This document shows, in pieces, positions 1-11,582 of a DNA stretch of 58,525 nucleotides (within the stretch, counting starts at the first letter, position 1; each line of letters opens with the position of its first letter). The position numbers were made by a program, and so were the translations under genes. The stretch is from Proteromonas lacertae. Lineage: Eukaryota. Where the stretch lies: contig NGBS01001160.1 in assembly GCA_002245135.1 (NCBI GenBank), positions 806,001-864,525 of the forward strand, in the 5' to 3' direction. The notes under the pieces were generated by a model. The model was not told the origin of the DNA and did not search any database. It saw nothing but the letters and a program-made list of their open reading frames with translations.

Positions 1-727
1 CTTCTTTTATTTTAGATATTGCAGAGGTTATTACTGTATTTGGCATCATCTGATGTGGATGGTATTATTAATTCCCATTTATTGAGTGAAATTGTATAAA
101 TCCAAACATCATTATAATATGTATTACTTCTATTATTTACTCCACCAAAATAGAACAATTGATCTTCGTTTAAGACTGTAAATATTGAACCTAATCGTGG
201 TGGTGGTAATTGTATTTCTATTGGTTCATTTTGTTTGGGTTTTTTGATTGGTGATTTTGGTGGTGATTTATTGGGTGATTTCTTTCTTTCTGGTGATTTT
301 GGTTGTGTAACCGTTTCATCTATTATTGGCTCGAATGGAGTTTCTGGTAATAAGGTGAATATAGATGATTGAATATCATATTTGTAGAATTCACTTGATA
401 AATGATAGATTCCTAGTTTCATCCATTACTTCACCTGAATATAAAAACACAGAATCACCACATTTTACACATCCACATCCTATAAATAAAGAGATTTATA
501 GATATATATAATCTATACCTGATCTATTACGAATTGGTTTTTCAACTGGTACTTTTAGTCATTTTTAAATTATTTTTATTTACTTTTATAACTCGTATGT
601 CTGAACTACAATATTTATCATAACTATATCCTCCAATAATCATAATTTCTTCATCATTTAGTTCCACAAAAGAACCTAAATGAGTTTCAAGATTGAAATC
701 CTTCTGAATGCTCCAAAAAACCTCCAT
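1..727 (-). CDS. Kelch-repeat protein, 3' end outside window
   Basis: Kelch blades 'IMIIGGYSYD' and 'LFYFGGVNNRSNTYYNDVWIYTISLNKWE'. ATG at 727. ORFs are joined by short GT..AG introns. Confidence 0.7.
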
Positions 728-839
728 CAAATGTTTTTAAAAACAGTTTTAACCAAAATTATTTTCGTAAACCAAATTCTTACCAAACAAGCTTTTTTTC
801 TCATTTCTTGCATCTCGTGAAATTCGCAAGTTATAGAGA

Positions 840-3800
840 ATGAATGATATTACAGAATTTCACAAACCCCATAGAAAGTCGATGAAAGGGAGAAAAGAGA
901 ATGAAAAGAAGATCGAAAAACTCAAATCACTCAATCAGAAAAGTACCCATCCAGGAGTATAATTTTTATTCATAATTTTGTTGTTACAAATAGGCTTTTA
1001 CATTTGTACATGTTCAAAAAACAAATAGAAATGTTAGAAGAACTTTAAACATAGCTATAAAGAAACATGTAGTTCCAATGGTAAATAGACAGTCTGAAAA
1101 TCCACCACCAATAGTTGTTGCTGTTGTTGGACCTCCGACAAGTTGGTAAAAGTACATTAATTAGAGTATTCTTTATTATCAATTATTAAATCAATAGGGA
1201 CTAGTTAAAAAATACACTAAACATACAATAACAGATATAAAAGGACCAGTTACAGTAGTTAGTGGTAAAAATCGAAGAGTAACATTTATAGAATGTCCTA
1301 ACGATATAAATGCAATGGTCGACACAGCCAAAATAGCAGATTTAGTATTAGCATTAGTAGATGGTAGTTTTGGTTTTGAAATGGAAACATTTGAATTTAT
1401 CGATATGTTAAAGATCCACGGTTTTCCCAAAATTATGGGAGTGATGACCCATTTAGATCAATTCAAAGATTCAAAAGTCTTACAAAAAATGAAAAAAAGA
1501 TATAAGAATCGATTTTGGAGTGAAATTTATGATGGTGCAAAAATGTTTTACATCCCAGGAATAAAGAATGGGAAATACCCTAAAACCGAAATCCACAATT
1601 TAGCCTTATACATCTCCAGAATCAAATTCAGACCATTAAAATGGCGAAATGAACATCCTTATATCTTAGTAGATCGATATGAAGATATAACTAATCCATT
1701 GGATATAGAAAACAATAAAGAAATAGATAGAAATGTCGTATTATATGGATATGTAAGAGGAACATATTTAAAGAATGATTCACGTGTTCATTTAATTGGT
1801 GCTGGTGATTATACAATTCAATCAATTACAAAGTTACCAGATCCTTGTCCTTTACCAGATAAAGGTGAAGATGGAAAGAAGAAAAGAAGACATTTAAATG
1901 ATAAAGAAACATTATTATATGCACCAATGTCTAGTGTTGGTAATATTTTATTTGATAAAGATGCGATGTATATTAATATGAATGAAATAAAGATAAATAA
2001 TGAAGATAATAATAATGGTAAGAGTGATGAGATGAATATAGATGAAGGTGATGGTATAACAATGTTGAAATCAATGCAGAAATTGAAGAGTGGTTTAGAT
2101 GATCAAGTTGGTAATACTGAATTATCATTATTTAAAGATTCTAAACCAATTAAGAATGATGAAGTGACTGTTGAACGTGATGATATTGAAGAACAGTTGG
2201 TGATGGATGAAAAGAGTGGAAGAATGAGAAGAAAAGCAATGTTTAAAGATGGTGAAGATGAGGAAGGAGAAGGAGAAGAGGATGAAGATGAAATAGAAGG
2301 AGAAGATGAAGATGATAATGATGAAGATGATGAAGAAAATGATGATGAAGATGAAGTAGAAGAAGAAGGTGATGAAGATGATGGTACTACAGGAAATATT
2401 CAATGGAAGACATCAATCTCAAAGAAAGCAAATGAAGAATATCATGAACGTCTAAAGAATAATTACAACATAATGGATTATATATACAACCCAAAGTATA
2501 ATATGAATGAAGTAGAAGAAATAGACACAAGTGATAGTGATAGTGATACTGAGTTCTTTAAACCAGTAAAAAGAAATAATAAATTAGATGAAGAAATAAA
2601 TCAGATTGATTCGATGAAATATATACCAGAAGCAAGTAAACTACAAGATTGGGATAATGAAGAAGTGATTTTGAGTTTAAAAAATAGATTCGTTACTGGT
2701 GATTGGAAAGAACAAACTGCTGAAAATGATGAAGAATTATTGAACCAATTAGAAAATGGAAATGGAATGGAAGAAGAAGATGATGATGTTGAAGATAATA
2801 ATGATATAATAGATGGTGATGATGAAGATCCAAGTAAATTATTAATGTCCAATGGTATGGAAGAAGATGATGAAGAAGTAGAAACTGGAGAAACAAAACC
2901 CTTAGCATTAGAAGAAGAAAGAAAGAAGAATGCAGAAGAAAAAGCCAAACAAAAGAAGAAATTCGATAGTGAATATGATATATCAAAGAACTATCTAGAA
3001 GAAGATGAAGCTGTATTTAATGAACAAAAAGAAATTGGAGCAAAACAGGAAATGATCAATAAAGAGGAATTTAAAGACTTATCTGAAGAAGAGCGTATTA
3101 GAATTCAAGGATATATACCAGGTACCTATGTTCGTATTGAAATAGCTCATGTTCCCTGTGAGTTTATATTGTATATGAATCCTAAAGATCCAATCATATT
3201 GGGAGGGATATTGACAAATGAAATGAAATTTGGATTAATGAGAGTATATATATATTATATATTAATATATTATTATTATTTATTTATTTGTCTAGAGTCG
3301 TGTAATAAGACACAAATGGTATCCTAAAATCCTCAAGAATCAAGATCCAATCATTATCTCCATAGGCTGGCGAAGATATCAAACCATACCAACTTACTGT
3401 ATGGAAGATCAGAATAATAGATATCGAATGATTAAATATACACCTGAAAATATGCATTGTCAATCAATATTCTATGGTCCATCAGTACCACCTAATACAC
3501 CCTATTTCACATTCAGTAGATTTACCAATAAAGAACCAAGTTATAGAATCAGTAGTACTGGTGTTGTATTGGAATTAAATGCAACATTTAGAGTAATGAA
3601 GAAGTTAAAATTGGTTGGTTATCCCCATCAGATATTTAAAAATACTGCTTTTATTAAAGGAATGTTTAATAGTGAATTAGAAGTTGCTAAATTTGAAGGT
3701 GCAAGATTAAAGACAGTAAGTGGAATTAGAGGAATGATTAAAAAACCAGTAAAAGGTGAACCAGGTATATTTAGAGCAACATTTGAAGATAAAATTATTA

Positions 3801-4369
3801 AAAGTGATATTGTGTTTTGTAGAACTTGGGTTCCGTTGGATATTAAACAATATTATAATCCTGTAGCTAATAAACTAGTGAAAGATATTAATGATTGGCA
3901 ACATATGAGAACTACCTTTGAAATTAGAAAAGATTTGAATTTGAATGTGCCTTTAAATACTGATAGTTTGTATAAAGATGTAGAAAGAACTGAGAAACAG
4001 TTTAATCCAGTGAAAGTATCTAATAATTTGATTAAGAATTTACCTTTTTCATCCAAACCGAAATTATTAGAAAAACAAATCAAAGTGAATGATCCTGGTG
4101 CTGTTCCAAAGTCATTAGTCACTAATAAAGTAGAAAAGAAGAAATTAACTGTATTACAACAATTACAGACAATTAGAAAAGAGAAATTGAAGAAACGTAA
4201 AGAAAAAGAGAAAGAAAGACATGAAAGTTATTTAAAAAAGAAAGAGAAAGAAGATTTAAAGAGAGGATTAGTTACAAAGGAGTTGAAAAAGAGAAAATAT
4301 GCAAGAGATGGAATGGCTGAGAAGAAGAAATCACAAAATCCAAATAAGAGAAGAAAAACTAAAGAGTAA
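840..4369 (+). CDS. BMS1: Ribosome biogenesis GTPase BMS1
   Basis: [68 protein letters not shown]. Introns at 957-993, ~1167-1198 and ~3244-3296. One extra base in the P-loop (~1137-1141). Confidence 0.97.
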
Positions 4370-4460
4370 ATAACTTATTAATGAATTTGTTGTTGTTGTT
4401 TTATTGTTTTTTGTTTTAAAAGTATTTAAAAATAAATGAGTAAATGAATAAAATTATAAA

Positions 4461-5797
4461 TTATATTTCTTTCTTCTTTCTAAATAATGAATATTGTAAT
4501 GAGTAAAAGATATTAAACTTCATGAAATGAAGATTGGCAATCATATTCGGTATTAGAAATGATACTCTACATCGAAACTTATGAAAAACTCTATAACTAA
4601 GAGTATTAACATCAGAATTACATGTTTCAGAAAACATCTCATCAACTGGAACTTCTTTTAATGCTTTAGTTGAATGAGAAGAAAGGTATAAATAATTAGA
4701 ATTGACAGTAGGAATCATTGAATCTGCATCAATGAAATAAAAAGGAAAACATTCAATCAAAATACCATCATCACTCAGCCACAAATGATTCATTATTGAT
4801 GATCCATGTGGAGTTATATAAATATCACTATTCATTACTATTTCAATTTGTTCTTCAGGTAATAATGACTCAAATATAGCTAATTTAATATCACATAAAC
4901 TACCACATATCGACTTTATAAGTGATATTAAATCAGGTTCTATATTTATAATATTTCTTGGATAATATGGAGAATCTCTTTTTATAATCAATACATTCAC
5001 TATATTTTTATCAATTTTTGGTTTTAATTCTAAATATTCAAATGTTCTATCTCTAAACAAATGTTTCATTTTCACACTCTCAAAATATCCTCCATATCCA
5101 CCAAAATGAGCTTCTCCAATAATATTCAAAGTATCAAAACACATCAAACTTCCTTTTCTTGTCACTATACATAAAATCATTTGTTGTATAAACAACAGGT
5201 CTATGAGGTAATTCATTTAAATATATTTCCAATGTCAATTGATTCCAGAATACTTCACCATCAGTAAAAACACCAGGTAATAAAAGATAATCAATTGGAG
5301 GGAAATCTTTACTATGTTTTGATATATACCATAACAATGAGAAATTATCAGTGAAATGACCTATTGAGAATTGAACTTGATCTCTGATCATCCATATATT
5401 CTTAGTGATAATAATATCATTATATGGATATGTATGATTCGGATATTCTATTGGATTTATTGAATATTTCATTCCCATATAGTCATTTACTGTTATTCCA
5501 TTCTGAAAATAATCTGTTCCATAGAACAACACATAACCATTTCTATCGTTTCTTATTCTTCTTGATAAACAAACATTGTGTAAAACTCCCCAATTGTAAT
5601 CCATTATATTACTTATTCTCCAATACATCGAACTTACTAAATTTTCGTTATTTTTCAAACATACTTTCTAATTAGTGATATTCATAATTATACTTCTAAT
5701 CTAGAATATACAAGGTTTATCTATTAAATATATAAGCAAAGAATTATACAAACGATATAAATAAATATGTAATGATATCTATCCTTCTTATTTTCAT
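4461..5797 (-). CDS. Glycosyltransferase family 61 (DUF563)-like, type II membrane protein
   Basis: C-terminal 'EEQIEIVMNSDIYITPHGSSIMNHLWL..GILIECFP' is GT61-like. Hydrophobic N-terminus from ATG 5797 across two short introns. The two ORFs join by a 1-nt frameshift in a purine run near 5155. Confidence 0.7.
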
Positions 5798-5845
5798 TTT
5801 AATAAATATTGCCGTTTTAAATAGTTTGAGAAAGTTCGTTATTTA

Positions 5846-7021
5846 ATGGGAGCTTTTCTTGATAAACCAGTGACTGATAAAGAAAAGTATTGTGACGAAG
5901 CATGGCAGAATAATATGAGAGCCTGTGTAGCAGCTATGCAGGGCTGGAGAGTAGGAATGGAGGTATGTTTTTATTCAATATGACGATTTAGGATGCTCAC
6001 ATTGTTTTGACTTCTATACCTGGAAATGAAACTTGTGGTTTGTATGGAGTTTATGATGGACATGGAGGACAATATATCGCTCAATTTGCGTATTTTTGCT
6101 ATCTTATCATGGTAGATCTGAAAATTTGCTTAGAATATTAGAAACTCAAGAAGAATATAAAAAAGATAAAGTATAACTAACATTTTCGTAAAACTATTTA
6201 TAGTTTGATCCTGAATTAATAAAAATGGCATTTAAAAGAACATACTTTGATTTAGACCAAGAGATGAGAATACAAGATCCAATATGTACAGGAGAAGATC
6301 ACAGTGGATCAACCGCTGTAACAGCCTATGTAACACCCAATCATATAATATGCACTAATGCAGGTATAATATATAATACATTTATAACTATTAAATAGGT
6401 GATAGTAGATGTATTTTAGTAACTCAGTCAGGAGTGGTTGAGATGTCACATGATCATAAGCCATATAACGATGATGAAAGGAATCGTATATTGGATGCAG
6501 GTGGTGTAGTGGTGATGAAGAGAGTTAATGGTGATTTAGCTGTAGCAAGAGCATTAGGTGATTTTGGATTTAAATTAAGAACAGATTTACCTCCTGATAA
6601 GCAACAAGTTACTTGTGCACCTGATGTTACCATTCAACCGAGAAATTTAGAAGAAGATCAATTTTTAGTTTTAGCTTGTGATGGTATTTGGGATGTTATG
6701 ACTAATGAAGAAATAGCTGAGTTTATCAGTACAGAATTACAATATGAAGAAGATATAAATGAAGTTGCTTCTAATGTTATTGATTATTGTTTAGAGAAAG
6801 GAAGTAGAGATAATATGAGTGTTATTTTGGTTGTATTTCCTAATGCACCTAAACCAAAACCTGAATGTGTTGCTATTCGTATGAAACAGAAGAATCAGAA
6901 AATGAAAGCTGTGGATTCAGCTATTTATGCTCAAAATAAATTACAGGATGAAAAACAACAAGCGGAGGCTCAAAAAATAATGGAAGAACAAGCTGATGAT
7001 TCTTCAGATGAAGAAAATTAG
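5846..7021 (+). CDS. Protein phosphatase 2C (PPM1A/B-like)
   Basis: MGAFLDKP start, MQGWRVGMEDAH, GVYDGHGG, SHDHKP, RVNGDLAVARALGDF, LACDGIWDV, GSRDNMS. Four short introns. Confidence 0.96.
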
Positions 7022-7229
7022 TCAATTATCTATATTTACTAATTTAAGTTTTTAAAAATACATTTGTGTGTAATAGTAAATGAATTAATAACATTTTTTA
7101 TAAGTAATCAAACTGAAATAATGAAAATCAAAAGAAAAATAGAATCAAGCCACATTCAAAAGCTCGAGACATTTGTTGATAATTTTTCTGTTTTTCTTCT
7201 GTTGTACTACTAATTAGCGATTAGTAACA

Positions 7230-8961
7230 ATGTATTCATTTTCAGATTGGTTGAAGAATCACGAATATGAAGTATAATAGTTATTTATATGCAATATTTT
7301 TCTAACAGTTTTTGAATCTTCGAAAAGAAAAGGGAATATGTGAAATTCGTAAAATAAACAACGGTTCAAAGTATCTGATGAAGGTATTGAGGATGGATGA
7401 GTTGAATTCCAAAGAAGTTGTGAATGTAGTCAATACAATGAATAGAGCAAACAATTTGAGTTTAAATGGTGTAATGAAATATAAAGTAATTGAGTGTGAT
7501 GATAAGAACTTTTACAGAATAATGAGAGAATATAAAATTCATTTAGATGTTGTTAATCCAGTTAAATACTTTGAAGAAACTGGTCCATTTGATATTTTAA
7601 ATGGAATTTTGATTATCTTAAATAGTTTACATGATAATGGAGTTATTCATAGTGATTTGAAACCTTCTAATATATTTTTGAATGATGAAAATGAAGTGAT
7701 TATAAGTGATTATTGTAATAGTTTATTGTTTAAAGGAGGAGAAAGATTATCTTGTAAAAACAAAGATTTATGTTTTATTTGTATTGATGAATTATTAGGA
7801 AAAGAGCTTGACATTTCTAGTGATATTTGGAATTTTGGATTAATTCTTTATTATATAAAAAGTGGTAAATATCCTTTTGTTGGTTCAACTATACTAGAAA
7901 CAATGAAAAACATAGAGAATGTGAAATACAATCCATTAAAATGTGAAAACAGCGGTATACTAAACCAATTTTTAAAGAAAATACTTCAAAAAGATAAGAA
8001 AGATAGATTAAAACTGAATGAAATTATTTCTGAATTGAAAAGTATGGAATAATATTTATTTCATTGAATAGAATTGAATGAACCAGAAATACCATCATCT
8101 CCATTTATAGAAGAAGAAGAAGTCCACATTCCTGAAGATATGAGTATACATCATCAATAATGCTTATTAACTAGAATATATAATTGAGTTTGCAGTTAAT
8201 GAATGTAAATACAGAAGTGGAAATAAACTATGGTGTGGTGAATGTATATAAATTATTCTAATAATCATTGATTAGTGTTACTAGGAGATGCAGGAATTAA
8301 ATATTTATCTTCAAAGCTTCAAACAATAAGTAATGTTACAGTTATTGATATTAGGAGTATATGAATATATTATTATAATTACATTAATAGTGAATAACAT
8401 GACTAAAGTTGGATTAAATACGTTTTCAGAATGTTTGAAACACATACCAAATCTTGAAGTACTGTGGATAAATTTTAATCCTGTAGGTGATGAAGGCATA
8501 AAATTCTTATCAAACAATCTCCATTATGTTCCAAAAATAACTAGTTTGGGATTATCTGGTATTATTTTAGTTTATTGTTTTATATAATAGTCTGTGAAAT
8601 TGGAAATAATGGATTAAAATATTTAAGCTCGCATTTTAAGGATATTCCAAAATTAATAACATTAGGTTTAACAGGTATATAAATTGAATTCTATTAACAA
8701 ATAGAGAATTCCATTGGAAATGAAGGAGTTAAATCTATTTGCGATAATTTACAGTATTTACCACTATTAGAAATATTAAGTTTGGATGGTAATTCTATTA
8801 GCGATAGAGGAGCTGAAATACTGATCAATAATTTGCCCAAATGCCAAAAATTAGAGAAACTTTCTACAATAAACAACAATATATCAAATTATAATAATTT
8901 TAAAAGAAACATGATTGAAAAACATCCAAACAGAAGGTTAAAAATTGATTCTGACAGATAA
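7230..8961 (+). CDS. Protein kinase-like domain fused to RI-like leucine-rich repeats
   Basis: IHSDLKPSNIF and SDIWNFG are present, but DFG is replaced by SDY and APE by CIDE. Downstream exons encode LxxLxLxxNxIGxxG repeats. Confidence 0.8.
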
Positions 8962-9108
8962 TTCTAAATAATTGATATAATAATTGATGAACAAATGAAT
9001 CAATTTATAACATATATATTTTATAAATTAGTATATCACATAAGGGAATAAAACAAAAAAATAAAACAAAGTAGGCTTGATTACCTCAAATTTATTCAAT
9101 TTTTAATC

Positions 9109-9521
9109 ATGTTTTCACAGGTTTCAAGATCCTTTTTTAGAGTATAGAATCTTTATTATGCATATAGACATTTACATCAGAAGTAAATCAAATTCAAAAA
9201 TACTTTTACTTTGCTATGGCTGGTTTTGGTTCAGATTTAGATAATGCTGCTCAAAAAGCACAAGACTTAGGTTTTAAAAACATTGGAATAATACCTGGTG
9301 CATGTAGTTTATGGAAGTCACCAATTGAAGGTGAAGTTAAAGAAGATTTGTTGAACAGTATTCGTTCAATTGGTGGAGATTATGTGACAATAAAAGCTGC
9401 AACATCACATGAAGATATAGGTGAGGATCAAAAAGCATTTGAAAAATTTAGTGAGGTATTTGAATTGGAAGATGGTGATTGTAATATTAAATCTACAATG
9501 AAACCAGTGAAATTGTTTTAA
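9109..9521 (+). CDS. Small protein with putative mitochondrial/MRO targeting peptide, function unknown
   Basis: ATG 9109 (MFSQVSRSFFR), then a ~26-nt intron joins in frame to TFTSEVNQ.. and ORF 9216-9521. Confidence 0.65.
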
Positions 9522-9708
9522 ACTCTATTTATTTATTTTTAATGAATCGTTTAAATTCTGTTTATTATTTTGTTTTGATTAATTTAAAGCGATTAAATTA
9601 TTATTATGTATAAATATAAAGTTATCAATCATAGATAAATGAGTAAAATGAAAAAATATATGAGACAAACTCAGATCAGGTCATTTTTTTTCTTTTTTGA
9701 TTTTGAAA

Positions 9709-11394
9709 ATGAAAGTATTAACAAATACTATTTTACATATAATGTCTTTCTTGATATTAATGTCATCAGTAATTGCACTTGTAGAAGAACCTAAAGATAA
9801 AACTGAGTTTGATGTGCTAATTGTTGGAGCAGGCATTTCTGGATCATCTGTAGCTGATATTCTTGCATCAAAAGGTTATACTGTTTTAGTGATTGATCAA
9901 AGGAGTCATATTGCCGGTAATTGTTTTGATTATGTGAATGAATATGGTATTCAAGTTCATAAATATGGTCCTCACATGTTTCACACAAATAACGAAGATA
10001 TATGGAAATATGTCACATCAAAAGGTCCTTTTAGACATTTTGAATATTTCATATATGCTATGGTAGATGATCAACCAGTACCACTACCAGTAAATAGGGT
10101 AACTATCAATATGTTATATAAACAAAATCTTAAAACAGAAGCTGAAGTAGATGAATTTTTAAAGAAAGAAACAGCAGAATTTCAAAACATCACAATTACA
10201 AATAGTGAAGAATTAATATTAAAGACATTTGGTAGAAAAATATATCAATCATTATACGAAGGATATAATAAGAAGATGTGGAAAATGCCAGCAACTAAAT
10301 TATCAGCAGCTGTTTCAGCTAGAATTCCTTGGAGAAAGAATGATATAAATCGATACTTTGATGATATACATCAAGCAGTTCCAGTGAAATCATATACCAG
10401 TATAGTAGAATCAATGTTAAAAAGTGAAAATATAAATGTAATATTGAATCAAAAATTTGAAGATTTAGACAATAAATATAAATTTAAGAAAGTATATTAT
10501 ACAGGTCCAATTGACGCATTATGTAAATATTCACATGGAACTTTACCATATTTATCATTAAATATCACATTTAAGACATTCCCTGAACCATTGAAATCAT
10601 TACCATCACCATCATTAAATTATCCAAACGATCAAGAATATCATCGATTATTTGAAGCTAAATGGTTAAATCCTTCATTTAGTAATTATACAACATTAAG
10701 TTATGAGAAATCAACTTATGAAGGTGAACCGTATTATGCTATTCCAAACACTACTAATCATTTAATGTATAAGAAATATAAATCAATATTAGATAAAGCA
10801 AAGAGAGTGGTAGTATATGGCAGATTAGGTGATTATAGATATTATAATATGGATATTGCATTGAGTAATGCTTTGAAGAAAGTGCAAGATACTTATGAAG
10901 ATATTAAGAATTTTCAACCTGTGAATAGAGAACAAGTGTGGAAGGAATTGAAAGAAACATGTGATAGTGTTCCAGTAGAAAATAATAATAATAATAATAT
11001 GAATAATATGAATGGTAATATGAATAACAACTTCAATAATAACAACAATATGAATAATGGTAATAACATGAACAACAATAATAACATGAATAACAATAAC
11101 AATAACAATATGAATGGTAATATGAATAACAACAATAACATGAATAACAACTTCAATAATAACAACAATATGAATGGTAATGGTAATAACATGAATAACA
11201 ACAATAATATGAACAACAATATGCATAATTACAATAATGGTAATATGAATAATGGTAATAACATGAACAACAATAATAACATGAATAACAATAATAACAA
11301 CAATATAAATGGTAATGGTAATAATATGAATAATGGAAATACCAATGAATTCAAGAACGTCAATAACATTCATAGAGGATTAAGACAGCATTAA
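9709..11394 (+). CDS. glf: UDP-galactopyranose mutase, bacterial type, with N-terminal signal-like peptide and Asn-rich tail
   Basis: IVGAGISG FAD motif, HIAGNCFD, HKYGPHMFHTN, RYFDD, EPYY, GRLGDYRYYNMD. Intronless. Confidence 0.93.
   Translation: MKVLTNTILHIMSFLILMSSVIALVEEPKDKTEFDVLIVGAGISGSSVADILASKGYTVLVIDQRSHIAGNCFDYVNEYGIQVHKYGPHMFHTNNEDIWKYVTSKGPFRHFEYFIYAMVDDQPVPLPVNRVTINMLYKQNLKTEAEVDEFLKKETAEFQNITITNSEELILKTFGRKIYQSLYEGYNKKMWKMPATKLSAAVSARIPWRKNDINRYFDDIHQAVPVKSYTSIVESMLKSENINVILNQKFEDLDNKYKFKKVYYTGPIDALCKYSHGTLPYLSLNITFKTFPEPLKSLPSPSLNYPNDQEYHRLFEAKWLNPSFSNYTTLSYEKSTYEGEPYYAIPNTTNHLMYKKYKSILDKAKRVVVYGRLGDYRYYNMDIALSNALKKVQDTYEDIKNFQPVNREQVWKELKETCDSVPVENNNNNNMNNMNGNMNNNFNNNNNMNNGNNMNNNNNMNNNNNNNMNGNMNNNNNMNNNFNNNNNMNGNGNNMNNNNNMNNNMHNYNNGNMNNGNNMNNNNNMNNNNNNNINGNGNNMNNGNTNEFKNVNNIHRGLRQH
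10981..11340 (+). repeat. Coding low-complexity Asn/Met/Gly repeat (AAT/AAC rich)
   Basis: Imperfect reiterations of MNGNMNNNFNNNNNMNNGNNMNNNNN. Confidence 0.95.
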
Positions 11395-11582
11395 TTAGTT
11401 TAAACTATAAAGAAATTTTAAAAAGACTTAGTTATTTTGTTTTCCTAGATAGAGTTACACATAATTATATCTAATTAAACCACAGCGACTATCTGCATGG
11501 TAATTCATTGCTGTTTTGAGAATTACATTTTTAAACTAATTTGAAAACTAGTCGTTTTTTATTTATTTTCATATTCATTTTT

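Noticed and set aside
2128..2986. Antisense ORFs over BMS1, and similar ones at 10825-11373, 12218-13554, 31939-32436 and 38135-43136
   Set aside because: Shadows of low-complexity or coiled-coil coding sequence on the opposite strand.
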